NCBI GenBank assembly: GCA_005223035.1
Contig: NJBK01000005.1
Coordinates: 31,237 to 95,236, forward strand
DNA length: 64,000 bases
Origin: Chloroflexi bacterium B3_Chlor
Lineage (GTDB): Bacteria > Chloroflexota > Anaerolineae > UBA7937 > B3-Chlor
Direction: 5' to 3'
A program made the position numbers and the translations under genes. Each line of letters opens with the position of its first letter. Positions within the stretch are counted from its first letter, which is position 1. Below the pieces are notes generated by a model. The model saw only the letters and a list, made by a program, of their open reading frames with translations, was not told the origin of the DNA and did not search any database. This document shows positions 29,144-39,746 of the stretch, piece by piece.

Positions 29144-29161
29144 CTTGGTGCAGCCTGTGGC

Positions 29162-29998
29162 CTATGGTTCTCCAGCGAGTTCTCCAGCCAGGCGGTAGTG
29201 CGGGCCTTCCTGGAAACGGAGGTCGATGAACTCTGCGGTCGCCCCTTGGCTCTCCAACCTCTGCACAAGTGCCTTCAGGATGGCCACTTTCACTTCTGCG
29301 CCTTCACCATTTCCCAGGTATACCCGCCAACCATGTTCATTCTCCAGGCTTAGCCCGTATTGTTGTGAGTAGCCAAACTCCTTCACGCCCGGGAGTAACG
29401 TCCGATATCTCTCAACGGCAGATATTATCTCCAGATCGACGTGCTCACCTGCTTGACGAGGCCTGGAGTCAAGATCCCTGATCAGGATGGAGGGTTCTGT
29501 CTCCGCTCGGAGGGGCAGGATTGTGCCTTCATCATCTACGCCGTAGCGCTGCTCTCCCGTCTGCCACATCACGCGGGCCTGACGTTCTCCGACCTCCACG
29601 ATCATTTGATTGGGTAAGCTGACCTGTACTATTGCTTCACGTATGTCTGGAATCCCGCGAATTGCGTCCTCAACCTGCTGAGGGTCAATGAAGAAGATGC
29701 TAAATCCCTCTACGTTAGTTCGTTGGAAAACCTCGTCCGCCGAGACCAAGGCGCTGCCAAGCACCGTAGCCTCATAGACGTAGAAAGCGTCCGACATGAA
29801 GAAGTAGGCTAGGAGTGAGACCAAGATGATAGCCAGAGAAAGGCTACCAACTCTGGGGCCTATCCTGGCTCGCGATCGGCTTGCACGCCGAACCGGCAGC
29901 CTCTCTTGCGCTACTGCCTGCTCGTAGCTCTTTCCCAGGCGCATCTCAGAACGACGTCGCCTCTTCTTCCTTTTCTGTGCCCAAGGCAACGATGCCAC
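29162..29998 (-). CDS. ftsQ: Cell division protein FtsQ (POTRA domain)
   Basis: Basic N-terminus, one TM segment (SLSLAIILVSLLAYFF) and POTRA-like sequence beginning YVYEATVLG. It sits between murB and ftsA. Confidence 0.75.
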   Translation of the reverse strand: MASLPWAQKRKKRRRRSEMRLGKSYEQAVAQERLPVRRASRSRARIGPRVGSLSLAIILVSLLAYFFMSDAFYVYEATVLGSALVSADEVFQRTNVEGFSIFFIDPQQVEDAIRGIPDIREAIVQVSLPNQMIVEVGERQARVMWQTGEQRYGVDDEGTILPLRAETEPSILIRDLDSRPRQAGEHVDLEIISAVERYRTLLPGVKEFGYSQQYGLSLENEHGWRVYLGNGEGAEVKVAILKALVQRLESQGATAEFIDLRFQEGPHYRLAGELAGEP

Positions 29999-30022
29999 GC
30001 GGTTATCTACCTCCCGGACTGC

Positions 30023-30952
30023 CTATGCGTTTCCCCACTCTCCTACCAGTTCTATCTCCAACTCCAACTCCGCACCGAAGAGTTCGCATATCTCGTTCCT
30101 AACCAGCTTTGTGAGTTGCAGCACATCGTTGGCCTTGGCTGATCCCAGGTTTACGATATAGTTGGCATGTTTGTGCGAAATCTGCGCGTCACCGATTCTC
30201 TTGCCTTTCAACCCAGCTTGTTCTATCAACTGGGCTGCTGACAACCCGACGGGATTCTTGAACACTGAACCAGCACTCGGTTGACTAGGTTGAGCAGCGC
30301 GCCGCAGAGCACTGTAGCGAGTCATGCGATCAGCTAGAACCTTGGGTGATTGTGGAGTAAGTCGTAGGTCGACGGACAGAATGACTTCTCTGTGATGTTC
30401 TTGCTCCCTGAAACGGCTGGTCCGGTAACCGAGCTTCAGCTGTTCGGGCAGTATCTCGCGTACCTCACCATGCAGGTCAAGGACAGCAACGCGCCGAACG
30501 ACATCTTCCATGGTTCCGTTGTAGGCCCCCGCATTATTGACGATGGCGCCGCCCACAGTGCCAGGGATTCCTATGGCCCATTCCAGACCCGCTGATCCAC
30601 GCTCAGCGGTCTTGCGCGCCAGAAGTGCTAAAGGCACTCCCGTCTGGGCATGCACAGTCTGGGATGTTCCATCTAGTGTGAAATCCAGACACCGATTCTC
30701 GATGACCAGACCCCTGAAGCCCTTATCTGCGACGAGCAGGTTCGTGCCCCTACCTATGATGAGATATGGTTGCTTCAGTTCTCGGGCCACCTTCGTCCAA
30801 CCGCACAATTGCTGCTCATTCTTGGCTACGCTGAAGAAGTCTGCCGGTCCCCCAATGCGGTAAGAGGTGTGCCTGCTCAGCGGCTCATCGCGTACCAGTT
30901 CTGCCGACAACCCTCTCTCGTGAGCCAGACTCTGGAGATCGTGTCCACTCAT
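30023..30952 (-). CDS. murB: UDP-N-acetylenolpyruvoylglucosamine reductase
   Basis: ..[38 protein letters not shown]-like..AGSVFKNP. Confidence 0.9.
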   Translation of the reverse strand: MSGHDLQSLAHERGLSAELVRDEPLSRHTSYRIGGPADFFSVAKNEQQLCGWTKVARELKQPYLIIGRGTNLLVADKGFRGLVIENRCLDFTLDGTSQTVHAQTGVPLALLARKTAERGSAGLEWAIGIPGTVGGAIVNNAGAYNGTMEDVVRRVAVLDLHGEVREILPEQLKLGYRTSRFREQEHHREVILSVDLRLTPQSPKVLADRMTRYSALRRAAQPSQPSAGSVFKNPVGLSAAQLIEQAGLKGKRIGDAQISHKHANYIVNLGSAKANDVLQLTKLVRNEICELFGAELELEIELVGEWGNA

Positions 30953-30956
30953 CAGC

Positions 30957-32378
30957 TCACTCTGCCCTCTGCTTCAGGCTGGCTAGGACCTCTTCACCGG
31001 CCCGCCAGACGTCACCTGCGCCCATGGTGATAAGGACGTCACCGGGCTCCAACTTCTTGCTGACCCTGGCACTGGCTTCTGACAAGTCGGCGATGTGAAC
31101 CGCCTCCGGGTGAGTCATCATCTCCACCAGATCGTTGGCACTGATGCCCAGATCATCTTGCTCGCGAGCGGCAAAGATCGCCGTTACAATCACTCGATCA
31201 GCCTCGTCGAAAGCCGCCGCGAACTCGGCCAACAGGGCCTTGGTTCGGCTGTAGGTGTGCGGCTGAAAGATGGCCCAAATCCTGCGGCCGCCGTACCGTC
31301 GGCGAGCGCCAGCGAGGGTGGCTCGTATCTCGCTGGGATGATGAGCGTAGTCATCCACCACTGTCATCCCGTTCACTTCACCTTTGACCTGGAACCGGCG
31401 CAACACTCCTTGAAAGTGTCTCAGCGTATCTCGCGCGCATGCCAGATCCAGGCCCAGGTAGTCCGCCATTCCGATCACTGCCAAGGCGTTAGAGACGTTA
31501 TGAATGCCGGGGATGCTTAGCTGGAAATCACCTTTTTCTTTCCCGTCTTCCACCACCCGAAAATCATTTCCCCCCAGCGTGTTTTGCTGAAGGTCCATGG
31601 CTTTCCAATCAACGCGCTCACCAAGACCATAGGTGCTTACTTTCACTTCCCCCAAACTCGCGATGACCCTTCTCACTTCAGGGTCGTCTCCGCTGGCCAT
31701 AACGAAGCCATCAGCCGGTATCTTCGCTAGGAAGCCACAGAAGGCTTCTGACATGTCCTCCAAGTCCGCGAAGCAGTCAGGGTGATCCATCTCGATACTC
31801 GTGATCACAGCGGCCTGAGGATTGAGGTCCAAGAATGTACGGTCATACTCATCAGCCTCAATCACGAGGTACTGGCCCTCGCCATCCTTGGCGTTGCTGC
31901 CTATTTCGGGCACGATGCCACCAACGATGATCGTTGGGTCTAGGTTGGCGTTCTCCAGGGTGAGAGCCATCATGGCGCTCGTAGTTGTCTTGCCGTGGGT
32001 ACCGGCCACGGCAATGCCGTATCGGTCCTTCATCAGCCAGGCCAGCAACTGTCCTCTCTTGACAACTTGGATGTTTCTTGTCCTGGCCTCTGCAAGTTCG
32101 GGATTCTGTCCAGGTATGGCGGAGGATGCGACGACCAAACTTGCTTTTCCTATGTTCTCCGGCCTGTGCCCCTCGTACACGGTAGCTCCCAACTGGACTA
32201 GTTCGCGCGTGATGTGGGAGAGTCGTAGGTCCGACCCGGAGACGCTGTAACCCTTTTGCAGCAGTATACGGGCGACTCCGCTCAGGCCAATGCCTCCGAT
32301 GCCCACAAAGTGCACCTGTTCTCCGGGTCTAAGGGACCATTGTGTATTCTTATTCCCGTATCCCGTGGTTTGGGTCAT
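30957..32378 (-). CDS. murC: UDP-N-acetylmuramate--L-alanine ligase
   Basis: HFVGIGGIGLSGVARIL and VAGTHGKTTTSAM. Confidence 0.9.
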   Translation of the reverse strand: MTQTTGYGNKNTQWSLRPGEQVHFVGIGGIGLSGVARILLQKGYSVSGSDLRLSHITRELVQLGATVYEGHRPENIGKASLVVASSAIPGQNPELAEARTRNIQVVKRGQLLAWLMKDRYGIAVAGTHGKTTTSAMMALTLENANLDPTIIVGGIVPEIGSNAKDGEGQYLVIEADEYDRTFLDLNPQAAVITSIEMDHPDCFADLEDMSEAFCGFLAKIPADGFVMASGDDPEVRRVIASLGEVKVSTYGLGERVDWKAMDLQQNTLGGNDFRVVEDGKEKGDFQLSIPGIHNVSNALAVIGMADYLGLDLACARDTLRHFQGVLRRFQVKGEVNGMTVVDDYAHHPSEIRATLAGARRRYGGRRIWAIFQPHTYSRTKALLAEFAAAFDEADRVIVTAIFAAREQDDLGISANDLVEMMTHPEAVHIADLSEASARVSKKLEPGDVLITMGAGDVWRAGEEVLASLKQRAE

Positions 32379-32929
32379 TATCTAAGCACCCTCATTACGA
32401 TCATGAAGGGCACCAGGAAGAGCAGGTACGGTTCCAGTAGGGGAACCGGTATCAACGGTACCAGATAGGCCTGAGCGAATTCGGTCAGCGGCGGCCTGAA
32501 AAGTCCCAGCACTTGGACTGGATAGTTGAAGATGTGCAGGTAATACCACATCGTGCCGGAGATCAAGTAGCCGTTCAGCAGCCCGCTGATCAGGTTTAGC
32601 GCCATGCCCAGGGGCCCTTTGGGCGGAGTTCCGTCGAACGCCAGGGTCTCTCCGTGATAGGATATGACGACGACCAGCACGAATACCAACACATAGAAGA
32701 GGGATTGAATCAGGTCGCTGTATTGGCCTTCGAGTATCGCGCTGGAGTTGACATAATTGACGAGATACGCATCCAAGAGCCCGAGTATTGACTGCCCCCC
32801 TCTGGTCAGCAGCAGTAGCGCAGCCAGAATGGTCGTCGTAACCCCCAGTTCCTTTGGATACCCTCGAACGACTCCTACCACGGCAAAGACGGCGATGAGC
32901 ACGGCCCACAAGAGTTCCAGTGGTCCCAT
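32378..32929 (-). CDS. CvpA-like small polytopic membrane protein (function unknown)
   Basis: 183 aa with 4-5 TM segments. N-terminus LLWAVLIAVFAVVGVVRGYPKEL and a later GMALNLISGLLNGYLI, resembling the CvpA layout (from memory). Its stop overlaps the murC start (TAATG). Confidence 0.45.
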   Translation of the reverse strand: MGPLELLWAVLIAVFAVVGVVRGYPKELGVTTTILAALLLLTRGGQSILGLLDAYLVNYVNSSAILEGQYSDLIQSLFYVLVFVLVVVISYHGETLAFDGTPPKGPLGMALNLISGLLNGYLISGTMWYYLHIFNYPVQVLGLFRPPLTEFAQAYLVPLIPVPLLEPYLLFLVPFMIVMRVLR

Positions 32930-32979
32930 CTATAGCTTCCCCTAAGCGATTCTCCTATCTTGTCTGTCAGCGCTCATTG

Positions 32980-33636
32980 CTACTGCGCCTCTGTAGGGCG
33001 TATCAAACGCACCGCCACGATCACGAAACCCACAAAGAGTATTAGTACAGCTGCGGCAACACTCACGTGTGGAACGGTGATCGATCCAGAAAAGCCTGGA
33101 GCAATTCCGGGAAGGTTTTCCTCTGCGGTTGCTGCACCCACGCCAAGAGGGATCTGTTGCCGGTAGGGTAGCAGCGGCAGTACTAGGTAACTCAGGGTGA
33201 AGCCGTTGGCTACACCCAAGATTGCTCCCATAAGCTTCCGAAGCATCGAAGGAGGTTTCTTGCCAAAGCGTACGACCAACAGGAAGGCGAGTAGCACTGT
33301 CATCACGAAAACCGTGAGGAATAGCAGGCGTGTCTGATCCGGGCTGCTCGGATCCACAAGCGCCACCGTTGTGACACCCGACGATTCCGCGCAGACGACG
33401 GCATCGGCCTCCCCAGAGCATGAGGTGAAGAAGAGGATGCCCTTGTACGTCGTATTGACTAGGTTGACTAGGGCCTCTCCTCTTGCGCCCAATAGGACCC
33501 AAGCGGCTACAATCGGGACAAACGCGACGAGTTGACCTCTCCATCCGCGTTTGAAGCCAACGGCGGTGGATGCTGCCACTGCCGCGACAAGCACAATTAG
33601 GAACTGGAGAACGGCGGGTTCCAGGCGTATTTCCAT
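32980..33636 (-). CDS. CvpA-like polytopic membrane protein (function unknown)
   Basis: 218 aa. N-terminus ..VAASTAVGFKRGWRGQLVAF and a later LRKLMGAILGVANGFTLSYL. It starts 8 nt after the murG stop. Confidence 0.4.
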   Translation of the reverse strand: MEIRLEPAVLQFLIVLVAAVAASTAVGFKRGWRGQLVAFVPIVAAWVLLGARGEALVNLVNTTYKGILFFTSCSGEADAVVCAESSGVTTVALVDPSSPDQTRLLFLTVFVMTVLLAFLLVVRFGKKPPSMLRKLMGAILGVANGFTLSYLVLPLLPYRQQIPLGVGAATAEENLPGIAPGFSGSITVPHVSVAAAVLILFVGFVIVAVRLIRPTEAQ

Positions 33637-33644
33637 GGCGGTTC

Positions 33645-34760
33645 TCAGTGAGTCAAACAGTTCGGACGCGCAATGTCCGTCAACAACTGCGCGACACGTG
33701 GTGCAGCGCTGGGCTGCGCTAGGCGGCGGGCTCCGTCACCGAGTCTGGCTAGCTCTTGCTGATCCTCGAACAACTCAGCTACGGTTTTTGACAGCACCCC
33801 CTTTTCCAGATCAGCTTCTGCTATCTTGACAGCGGCTCCGCTCTCCACCATGTAGTTGGCATTCAGCTCTTGGTGCCTTCCAGCGTAGGGATACGGTATC
33901 AGGATGCTGGGGAGGCCGAGAGCCGGGAACTCTGCGGTCGTGGCTGCACCGGCGCGCGCTACCACTAGGTCGGCCGCCGCCAGGGCATCAATCATCTTCT
34001 CATGAAGATACGGGTACACACTATATCTCTTAACCACAGCCTGAGGTAGAGCATCCCGGCGGGCGCTGAGCCAGCTCGTGTCCGCGTCTCCGCTGATGTG
34101 CACGACCTGACAGATTTCCAGTAGCTCATCCAGGGCTTCGCTCAGGGCCACGTTAATGCTGTGAGCGCCCTGGCTACCTCCGAACACCAACAGCGTTCGC
34201 TCCAACTCGTCCAAGCCCAGTCTGCGCCGGGACGAAAACCTGTCAGCCTTGAGCAGTTCTGCTCTGACGGGATAGCCGGTTACCACCGCTTTGCCGGGCC
34301 CAAAGAAGCTCTTTGATGGTGGAAAGGAGACCGCTATCCGGGTTGCGAATCGGGCCAGAACACGTATCGCCAGTCCCGGCGTCAAGTCTGGTAGGTACAC
34401 CAGGCTGGGAACGCCCCTGATCCAGGCGGCCACTATCGTGGGAGCGCACACGTAGCCTCCAGTAGCCAGCACCGCCTGAGGTGAGAATCTGTCTATCAGC
34501 CTCACGGATTGGGCCGTGCCGCGGGCCAGTCGTGTGAGGCGAGCCGGTAGAGCCCAAGGAGCAGAGCCCTGCAAGCTCGCCGTGCTTATACCTTGGAAGG
34601 GCAAGCCCGCTCTTGCGGCTAGGTCCGCCTCAATCCCTGACGCGTTCCCCACGTAACAGACCTCCGATGGTGATGTGACTTTGCTAATCAGCTGCTGCAG
34701 GACGGCCAGGATGGGGTACACGTGCCCCCCCGTTCCGCCCCCGGAAACCAAGAGGCGCAT
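33645..34760 (-). CDS. murG: Lipid II synthase MurG (UDP-GlcNAc transferase)
   Basis: MRLLVSGGGTGGHVYP. AGGAG lies 4 nt upstream of the ATG. Confidence 0.9.
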   Translation of the reverse strand: MRLLVSGGGTGGHVYPILAVLQQLISKVTSPSEVCYVGNASGIEADLAARAGLPFQGISTASLQGSAPWALPARLTRLARGTAQSVRLIDRFSPQAVLATGGYVCAPTIVAAWIRGVPSLVYLPDLTPGLAIRVLARFATRIAVSFPPSKSFFGPGKAVVTGYPVRAELLKADRFSSRRRLGLDELERTLLVFGGSQGAHSINVALSEALDELLEICQVVHISGDADTSWLSARRDALPQAVVKRYSVYPYLHEKMIDALAAADLVVARAGAATTAEFPALGLPSILIPYPYAGRHQELNANYMVESGAAVKIAEADLEKGVLSKTVAELFEDQQELARLGDGARRLAQPSAAPRVAQLLTDIARPNCLTH

Positions 34761-35898
34761 CGTGCTCCTGTGTCTTCTCTCTAGTGCCCCGGGAGATGCT
34801 CAATAGCACGCCCACACCCATCATCGAGATCACCAATGATGAGCCACCCAAACTGATGAAAGGCAGGGGAAGACCGGTAAAGGGAAGAGTATCCGTCACC
34901 ACGGCTATGTTGATCAGTGCTTGGAAGGTCAGCCAGATAGTAATGCCTGAGGCCAGAATGAAACCGAAGGAATCCTCAGCCCTTAGCGCGATCTTGAACC
35001 CTCGATAAGCCAAGGCTGCAAAGAGACTGAGCACGGTCAAGCATCCAATCAACCCTAGCTCCTCACCCAAGACAGCAAATATAGCGTCACTCTCAGCGGC
35101 AGGGAGAAGTCCTTTTTGCTGTCCTGTGCCCAGGCCTACACCGGTGATCCCACCTGACCCTAGGGTGACCAGCGTATGCATGACCTGGTACGTGTCCTGG
35201 GCAAGTGTGTTGTTGAAGGGGTTCTGTAGAGCGCTGAAGGGATCTTGCGAAAACGCGACCAGCCTGTTCCAGGCGTACTCATAGTTGGCAATGATCAGTA
35301 AAAGGGTGCTACTGCCTACCATTGCACTGATCACTAGTTGGATTAGGTCGGCTCCAGCTATGAAGAACATGCTCCCTGCGGTCGCCACGATCAGGATGGT
35401 TGTGCCGAAATCCGGCTCGAGAATGATCAGTCCGGCGATTATTCCGATAAGAATGGCGAAGGGCACCAGTCCGTAGGTGACCTGTTTCAGCTTCTCTCCC
35501 TTGGAGGAGAGCCAGTGCGCTATGTATAGCACCATAGCCAGCTTGCATATTTCGCTAGGCTGGATGGAATCTCCAAGGATCCTGCGTCTGGCCCCATGAA
35601 CTTGTGGGCCCACTAGGAGCACATAGACCAGTAGGAGCAAGGTCAATAACATGAAAACAATGGAGAACTTCTGCCACTTGTGATACTCAGCCCTCATCAT
35701 GAGAGCCATAATATCCAGCCCCATTGCAGCCCAAACTGCCTGCCTGACGAGATAGTACGTGGGTTGTCCGGACCTGGTGTATCCTAGCGCGAAGGTGGAG
35801 CTATAAACCATGATCAGGCCAAGTAGAACCAAAGCAACTACGATGAGCACTAGTATGTAGTCGGGTCTGTTCTTTGCCTCATTCAGTTTTGTAACCAT
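34684..35898 (-). CDS. ftsW: SEDS-family peptidoglycan polymerase FtsW
   Basis: ..LLPAAESDAIFAVLGEELG..LPFISLGGSSL. The 3' end overlaps murG by 77 nt. Confidence 0.85.
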   Translation of the reverse strand: MVTKLNEAKNRPDYILVLIVVALVLLGLIMVYSSTFALGYTRSGQPTYYLVRQAVWAAMGLDIMALMMRAEYHKWQKFSIVFMLLTLLLLVYVLLVGPQVHGARRRILGDSIQPSEICKLAMVLYIAHWLSSKGEKLKQVTYGLVPFAILIGIIAGLIILEPDFGTTILIVATAGSMFFIAGADLIQLVISAMVGSSTLLLIIANYEYAWNRLVAFSQDPFSALQNPFNNTLAQDTYQVMHTLVTLGSGGITGVGLGTGQQKGLLPAAESDAIFAVLGEELGLIGCLTVLSLFAALAYRGFKIALRAEDSFGFILASGITIWLTFQALINIAVVTDTLPFTGLPLPFISLGGSSLVISMMGVGVLLSISRGTREKTQEHDAPLGFRGRNGGARVPHPGRPAAAD

Positions 35899-35923
35899 CT
35901 CTACCTCGCGGAGTCTCTGGACA

Positions 35924-37297
35924 TCATTGTTGGGACTTCTTCAGATCACGCACCAGGGACTTGAAGTGCTCTCCTCTCTCAGCGAAGTCTCGATACATGT
36001 CGAAGCTGGTGCAGGCTGGCGCCAGGAGGACAACATCACCCGCCCGGACTATCTGGCCGGCCGTGCGCACCGCCTCGCTCAGGTCCGCGGAACGGTATAT
36101 GGGCAACTCTCTCCGGTCTCCCTGGATCTCCATGACTGCCTGCTCTAGCAGGGAAGCCGCTTCGCCAAAGAGGATGAGGGCTTTCACCTTCTTCACGATG
36201 AGCTGCGCCAATCCTTCGAGAGGCAGATGTTTCCCCCGTCCGCCCGCCAGCAGAACGATGGGCTCGGAGAAGGAGTTCAGCGCTGCCATTGCACGTTGCG
36301 GCGATGTGGCAATGGAATCGTCGTAGTACCGGACTCCCTCGATCTCAGCCACTAACTCCAGGCGATGCTCCACACCGCTGAAGGACGTGACCGCGGTGCG
36401 CATGGCTTCGGACTGCGCCCCAGCTGGCACCGCGATGGCACAAGCAGCCAAGACATTCTCCAGGTTGTGCGATCCCAGCAGCTGTACCTCGGAGACATGG
36501 CAGACCTTCCACTCCTCATCCTCCCACCGTACTGTGACCTGCCCTTGGTCCAGGAAGGCGCCCGTTTCCACTTCCTGCTGCGGGCTGAACAGCAGCGTCC
36601 GTCCGCGACAGTGCTTGGCTATTTGTTGGGCCAAGGGATCATCAGCGTTGAGAATGGCGTAGTCATCCTCCTTCTGGAACCGGATGATGTTCACCTTTGC
36701 ACTGACATAATCATCAATGGATTGGTGTCGATCCAGGTGATTCGGCGACAGGTTCAATATGGCGGCGATGTGTGGACTCTGGTCGAGAGCTTCAAGCTGA
36801 AAGCTGGACAACTCCATCACCACTTTGTCCTGGGGTTCGATTTCATCCACGACGCTTATCAGCGGAGATCCAATATTCCCGCCTACGAAGGTGCGGTATC
36901 CTCCTGCTCGCATGATATCACCAACCAGGCTGGTCGTCGTCGTCTTCCCGCTGCTGCCGGTGATACCGATGATCGGCGCCCGGCAGAGGCTGAAGAAGAG
37001 CTTTGTTTCACTGCTGAGAGCCACACCACGCTGTTGAGCCTCTACCAGAATCGGTATCTCCCGGGGCACGCCTGGGCTGACGAAGATGACGTCCGCGTCC
37101 AGCGATTCCTCTGGATGTCCTCCCAAGAGGTAGTGGATCGGTAGCCCCGCCAATTGGTCTGTCTTGTCCCTCAGTGCCTCTTCGCTCTTCATGTCAGTGA
37201 TAGTAACGTTTGCTCCTTGTCCAGCCAGGAACTTGGCCAAGGCGATTCCTTCGCGTCCCAGTCCAACGATCATCACTTTTTGGTTCTCATAGGCCAT
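35924..37297 (-). CDS. murD: UDP-N-acetylmuramoylalanine--D-glutamate ligase
   Basis: VMIVGLGREG and GITGSSGKTTTT. Confidence 0.9.
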   Translation of the reverse strand: MAYENQKVMIVGLGREGIALAKFLAGQGANVTITDMKSEEALRDKTDQLAGLPIHYLLGGHPEESLDADVIFVSPGVPREIPILVEAQQRGVALSSETKLFFSLCRAPIIGITGSSGKTTTTSLVGDIMRAGGYRTFVGGNIGSPLISVVDEIEPQDKVVMELSSFQLEALDQSPHIAAILNLSPNHLDRHQSIDDYVSAKVNIIRFQKEDDYAILNADDPLAQQIAKHCRGRTLLFSPQQEVETGAFLDQGQVTVRWEDEEWKVCHVSEVQLLGSHNLENVLAACAIAVPAGAQSEAMRTAVTSFSGVEHRLELVAEIEGVRYYDDSIATSPQRAMAALNSFSEPIVLLAGGRGKHLPLEGLAQLIVKKVKALILFGEAASLLEQAVMEIQGDRRELPIYRSADLSEAVRTAGQIVRAGDVVLLAPACTSFDMYRDFAERGEHFKSLVRDLKKSQQ

Positions 37298-37313
37298 GTT
37301 TAGACTGGAGATA

Positions 37314-38303
37314 TTACAGTAGCGCTAGAGCGATGCCCAGCATTGCCGCTAGCATTCCGACTAGCCAAAAGCGCTGTACGATCTGTACCTCGGACCATCC
37401 CAGCAGCTCAAGATGATGGTGCAGTGGTGTCATCTTGAAGATTCGCTTCCCCCCGGTCAGTTTGAAGTACCATACTTGGAGTATGACTGATAGTGTCTCC
37501 GCTACGAAGACGATGCCCACTATGGGCAGCAGCAACCATTGCCCGGTCATCATGGCTATCACTCCCAGTGTCCCTCCCAGAGCCAGAGATCCGGTGTCAC
37601 CCATGAATAGCTGAGCGGGATAGGCGTTATACCATAGGAAGGCCATCGTGGCCCCGGTCATAGTGAAGCAGAAGGCGACCAGGTATAGTTGCCCCTGCAG
37701 TAGTGCAATGACCCCGTAGGCTGCGAAAGCGATGGCTGACGTGCTTCCGGCGAGGCCGTCCAGCCCATCCGTGAGATTGACCGCATTGGCGCTGGCCACG
37801 ATGACAAAGACAGCGACTGGGAAATACCAGAGTCCCATGGAGAACTTGGTTGGGATGGACGGCACGGCGAGGCTCTCCAGAAGAAAAACGAAATGCAATA
37901 CGACTGCCGCTGCCACCGCGATCACGATCAGCCAGGCGAACTTGTAACGCGCTATGAGCCCGCTTTTTTGCCCTATGGTCGCTCCCGTGACCTTCCTCCT
38001 GCTTCTGCGGAGGCTTGCCCAGTCATCAACGGCGCCCACGATGGCGCATGCGATCGCGGTGCCGAGCGGTAGGAGTATTGATTCATGGCCGACTAGATTG
38101 AACAAGGCGGTCATGATCGCTGCTGGCACCACGATGCCGATCCCTCCCATAGTCGGCGTTCCCGTCTTTAGTTGGTGAGAGATCGGGCCGTCGATCCTGA
38201 TTTGCTCACCTATGCCGCGGGCCGTCAGATACTTGAGCAGAAAGGAGCCGAAAGGTAACGCCAGCAAAAAGGTCGCGACTCCCAAAGCCAGAGCAGAGGC
38301 CAT
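37314..38303 (-). CDS. mraY: Phospho-N-acetylmuramoyl-pentapeptide transferase
   Basis: KTGTPTMGG and [13 protein letters not shown]. Confidence 0.95.
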   Translation of the reverse strand: MASALALGVATFLLALPFGSFLLKYLTARGIGEQIRIDGPISHQLKTGTPTMGGIGIVVPAAIMTALFNLVGHESILLPLGTAIACAIVGAVDDWASLRRSRRKVTGATIGQKSGLIARYKFAWLIVIAVAAAVVLHFVFLLESLAVPSIPTKFSMGLWYFPVAVFVIVASANAVNLTDGLDGLAGSTSAIAFAAYGVIALLQGQLYLVAFCFTMTGATMAFLWYNAYPAQLFMGDTGSLALGGTLGVIAMMTGQWLLLPIVGIVFVAETLSVILQVWYFKLTGGKRIFKMTPLHHHLELLGWSEVQIVQRFWLVGMLAAMLGIALALL

Positions 38304-39724
38304 TATTTCTCTCCCAACTCAGCAACGATTTCTTCCATATGCATTCCACGTGACCCTTTGACCAAGATTAGATCGCCGGAGGCCACGAAATCTTGCAGGA
38401 ACTCTACTGCCTGCTGGCTGTCCTTGGCAAAGAAGACGTCATCCCCTTGCATGCCAATGGCAATCGCCTCACGCCCGATTATTGCACCTAGTGCGCCCAC
38501 CGTGACCAGCTTGTCAGCCACCAGTGCAACGCGACGTCCCACTTTGCGGTGTCCCTCTTCCTCGTAGGAGCCTAGCTCGAGCATGTCCCCCAACACGGCA
38601 ATCTTGCGCCCTTTCAACTCAGCCAGCAGGTTCAAAGCTGCCAGGCTGGACGTAGGGCTGGCGTTGTAAGTATCATCTATGATCATCGACCCGTTCGCTC
38701 CCGGAGTGGCAATCAGGCGCAGTTGCACAGCGATGTCACGCAAACCGGCCACTATTTGCCCCCACGGTTGCCCTTCTGTCACGCCTACCGCGGCCGCCGC
38801 CAGCGCGGTGTGCACACTGTGACGCCCCAGCAATGGAATCTTGACGTGGAGTGTCTCCTGACCATATTGCATGCGAAAACGCACGCCATCCAGCCCCCTG
38901 CTCTCGATATGACTGGCTCGCAAGTGGCAATCTGGGCTCAGACCGTAGTAGAGGACCCGGGCCTCGGTCAGGCTCCCCATGGCCTTCACCTCGGGATCGT
39001 CGCCGTTCAGTATCGCGGTGCCATCAGGGGGCAGAGCCTCGACAAGTTCAGCCTTGGCTTGGGCTATGCGCTCCAGAGACCCTAGCCGCTCTAGATGGGA
39101 ATAGCTCACGTTGGTCACCAGCCCTACTTGTGGGAGAGCTATCTCAGCCAACTGGGCGATCTCACCCAATGCATACATCCCAAGCTCCAAGACCACTTTC
39201 GTATGGTCTTCTTCCAAGGCAAGGAGGGTCAACGGCAAGCCTATCTCGTTATTGAGGTTCTCCTCACTTTTCAAGGCGAGGAAACTCTTGCTGAGTACTG
39301 AATGTATGGCCTCTTTGGTGGTGGTCTTGCCAATACTGCCTGTGACACCAATCACACGAACATCGAATTGTCTGCGGTGGTAGGCAGCCATGTCCTGGAG
39401 GGACTTCAACGTGTCCTCAACGAGGAGACATACGGGAGGCTCCAGTCGAGAGGGTGGCGAGGGAAGAGGGCGTTTGGTCGTGTCTACCACAAGAGGGAGG
39501 CCATCTACTATCCTATGTACGATAGCTGCCGAGGCTCCCCGCCGCAAGGCATCCTTGACATAATTGTGACCATCATCCTTCTCTCCCAGCAGAGCTACGA
39601 ATAGACTGTCCTTGTCCGCTTTCCGCGAATCAATGATCACATCGCGAAAACGAATTTCCGACGCCTTCGGATCGCCTATCTCCTGTCCCGTTATCCCTTG
39701 CCAGATTCCTGCCAGAGTGAGCAT
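38303..39724 (-). CDS. murF: UDP-MurNAc-tripeptide--D-alanyl-D-alanine ligase
   Basis: DSRKADKDSLFVALLGEKDDGHNYV and GVTGSIGKTTTKE are MurF-type motifs, not MurE-type. The stop overlaps the mraY start (TAATG). Confidence 0.85.
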   Translation of the reverse strand: MLTLAGIWQGITGQEIGDPKASEIRFRDVIIDSRKADKDSLFVALLGEKDDGHNYVKDALRRGASAAIVHRIVDGLPLVVDTTKRPLPSPPSRLEPPVCLLVEDTLKSLQDMAAYHRRQFDVRVIGVTGSIGKTTTKEAIHSVLSKSFLALKSEENLNNEIGLPLTLLALEEDHTKVVLELGMYALGEIAQLAEIALPQVGLVTNVSYSHLERLGSLERIAQAKAELVEALPPDGTAILNGDDPEVKAMGSLTEARVLYYGLSPDCHLRASHIESRGLDGVRFRMQYGQETLHVKIPLLGRHSVHTALAAAAVGVTEGQPWGQIVAGLRDIAVQLRLIATPGANGSMIIDDTYNASPTSSLAALNLLAELKGRKIAVLGDMLELGSYEEEGHRKVGRRVALVADKLVTVGALGAIIGREAIAIGMQGDDVFFAKDSQQAVEFLQDFVASGDLILVKGSRGMHMEEIVAELGEK

Positions 39725-39746
39725 GGGGCCTCCTCAAGTGGGTGCG

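Noticed and set aside
34684-34760. A 77-nt overlap between the ftsW 3' end and the murG 5' end, considered as a possible frameshift or assembly error.
   Set aside because: Both ORFs are intact with complete family motifs. murG starts at its canonical MRLLVSGGGTGGH with AGGAG upstream. The FtsW tail is simply a non-conserved extension. There is no evidence of a frameshift.
36825-36850. A T-loop-like GGGGTTCGATTTC string, and a general scan for tRNA, rRNA, CRISPR repeats, IS elements and integrases.
   Set aside because: The string lies inside murD with no flanking acceptor or anticodon arms. I saw no GGTTCGAATCC-type T-arms in intergenic DNA, no direct-repeat/spacer arrays, and no transposase or integrase-like ORFs or terminal inverted repeats anywhere in the window.
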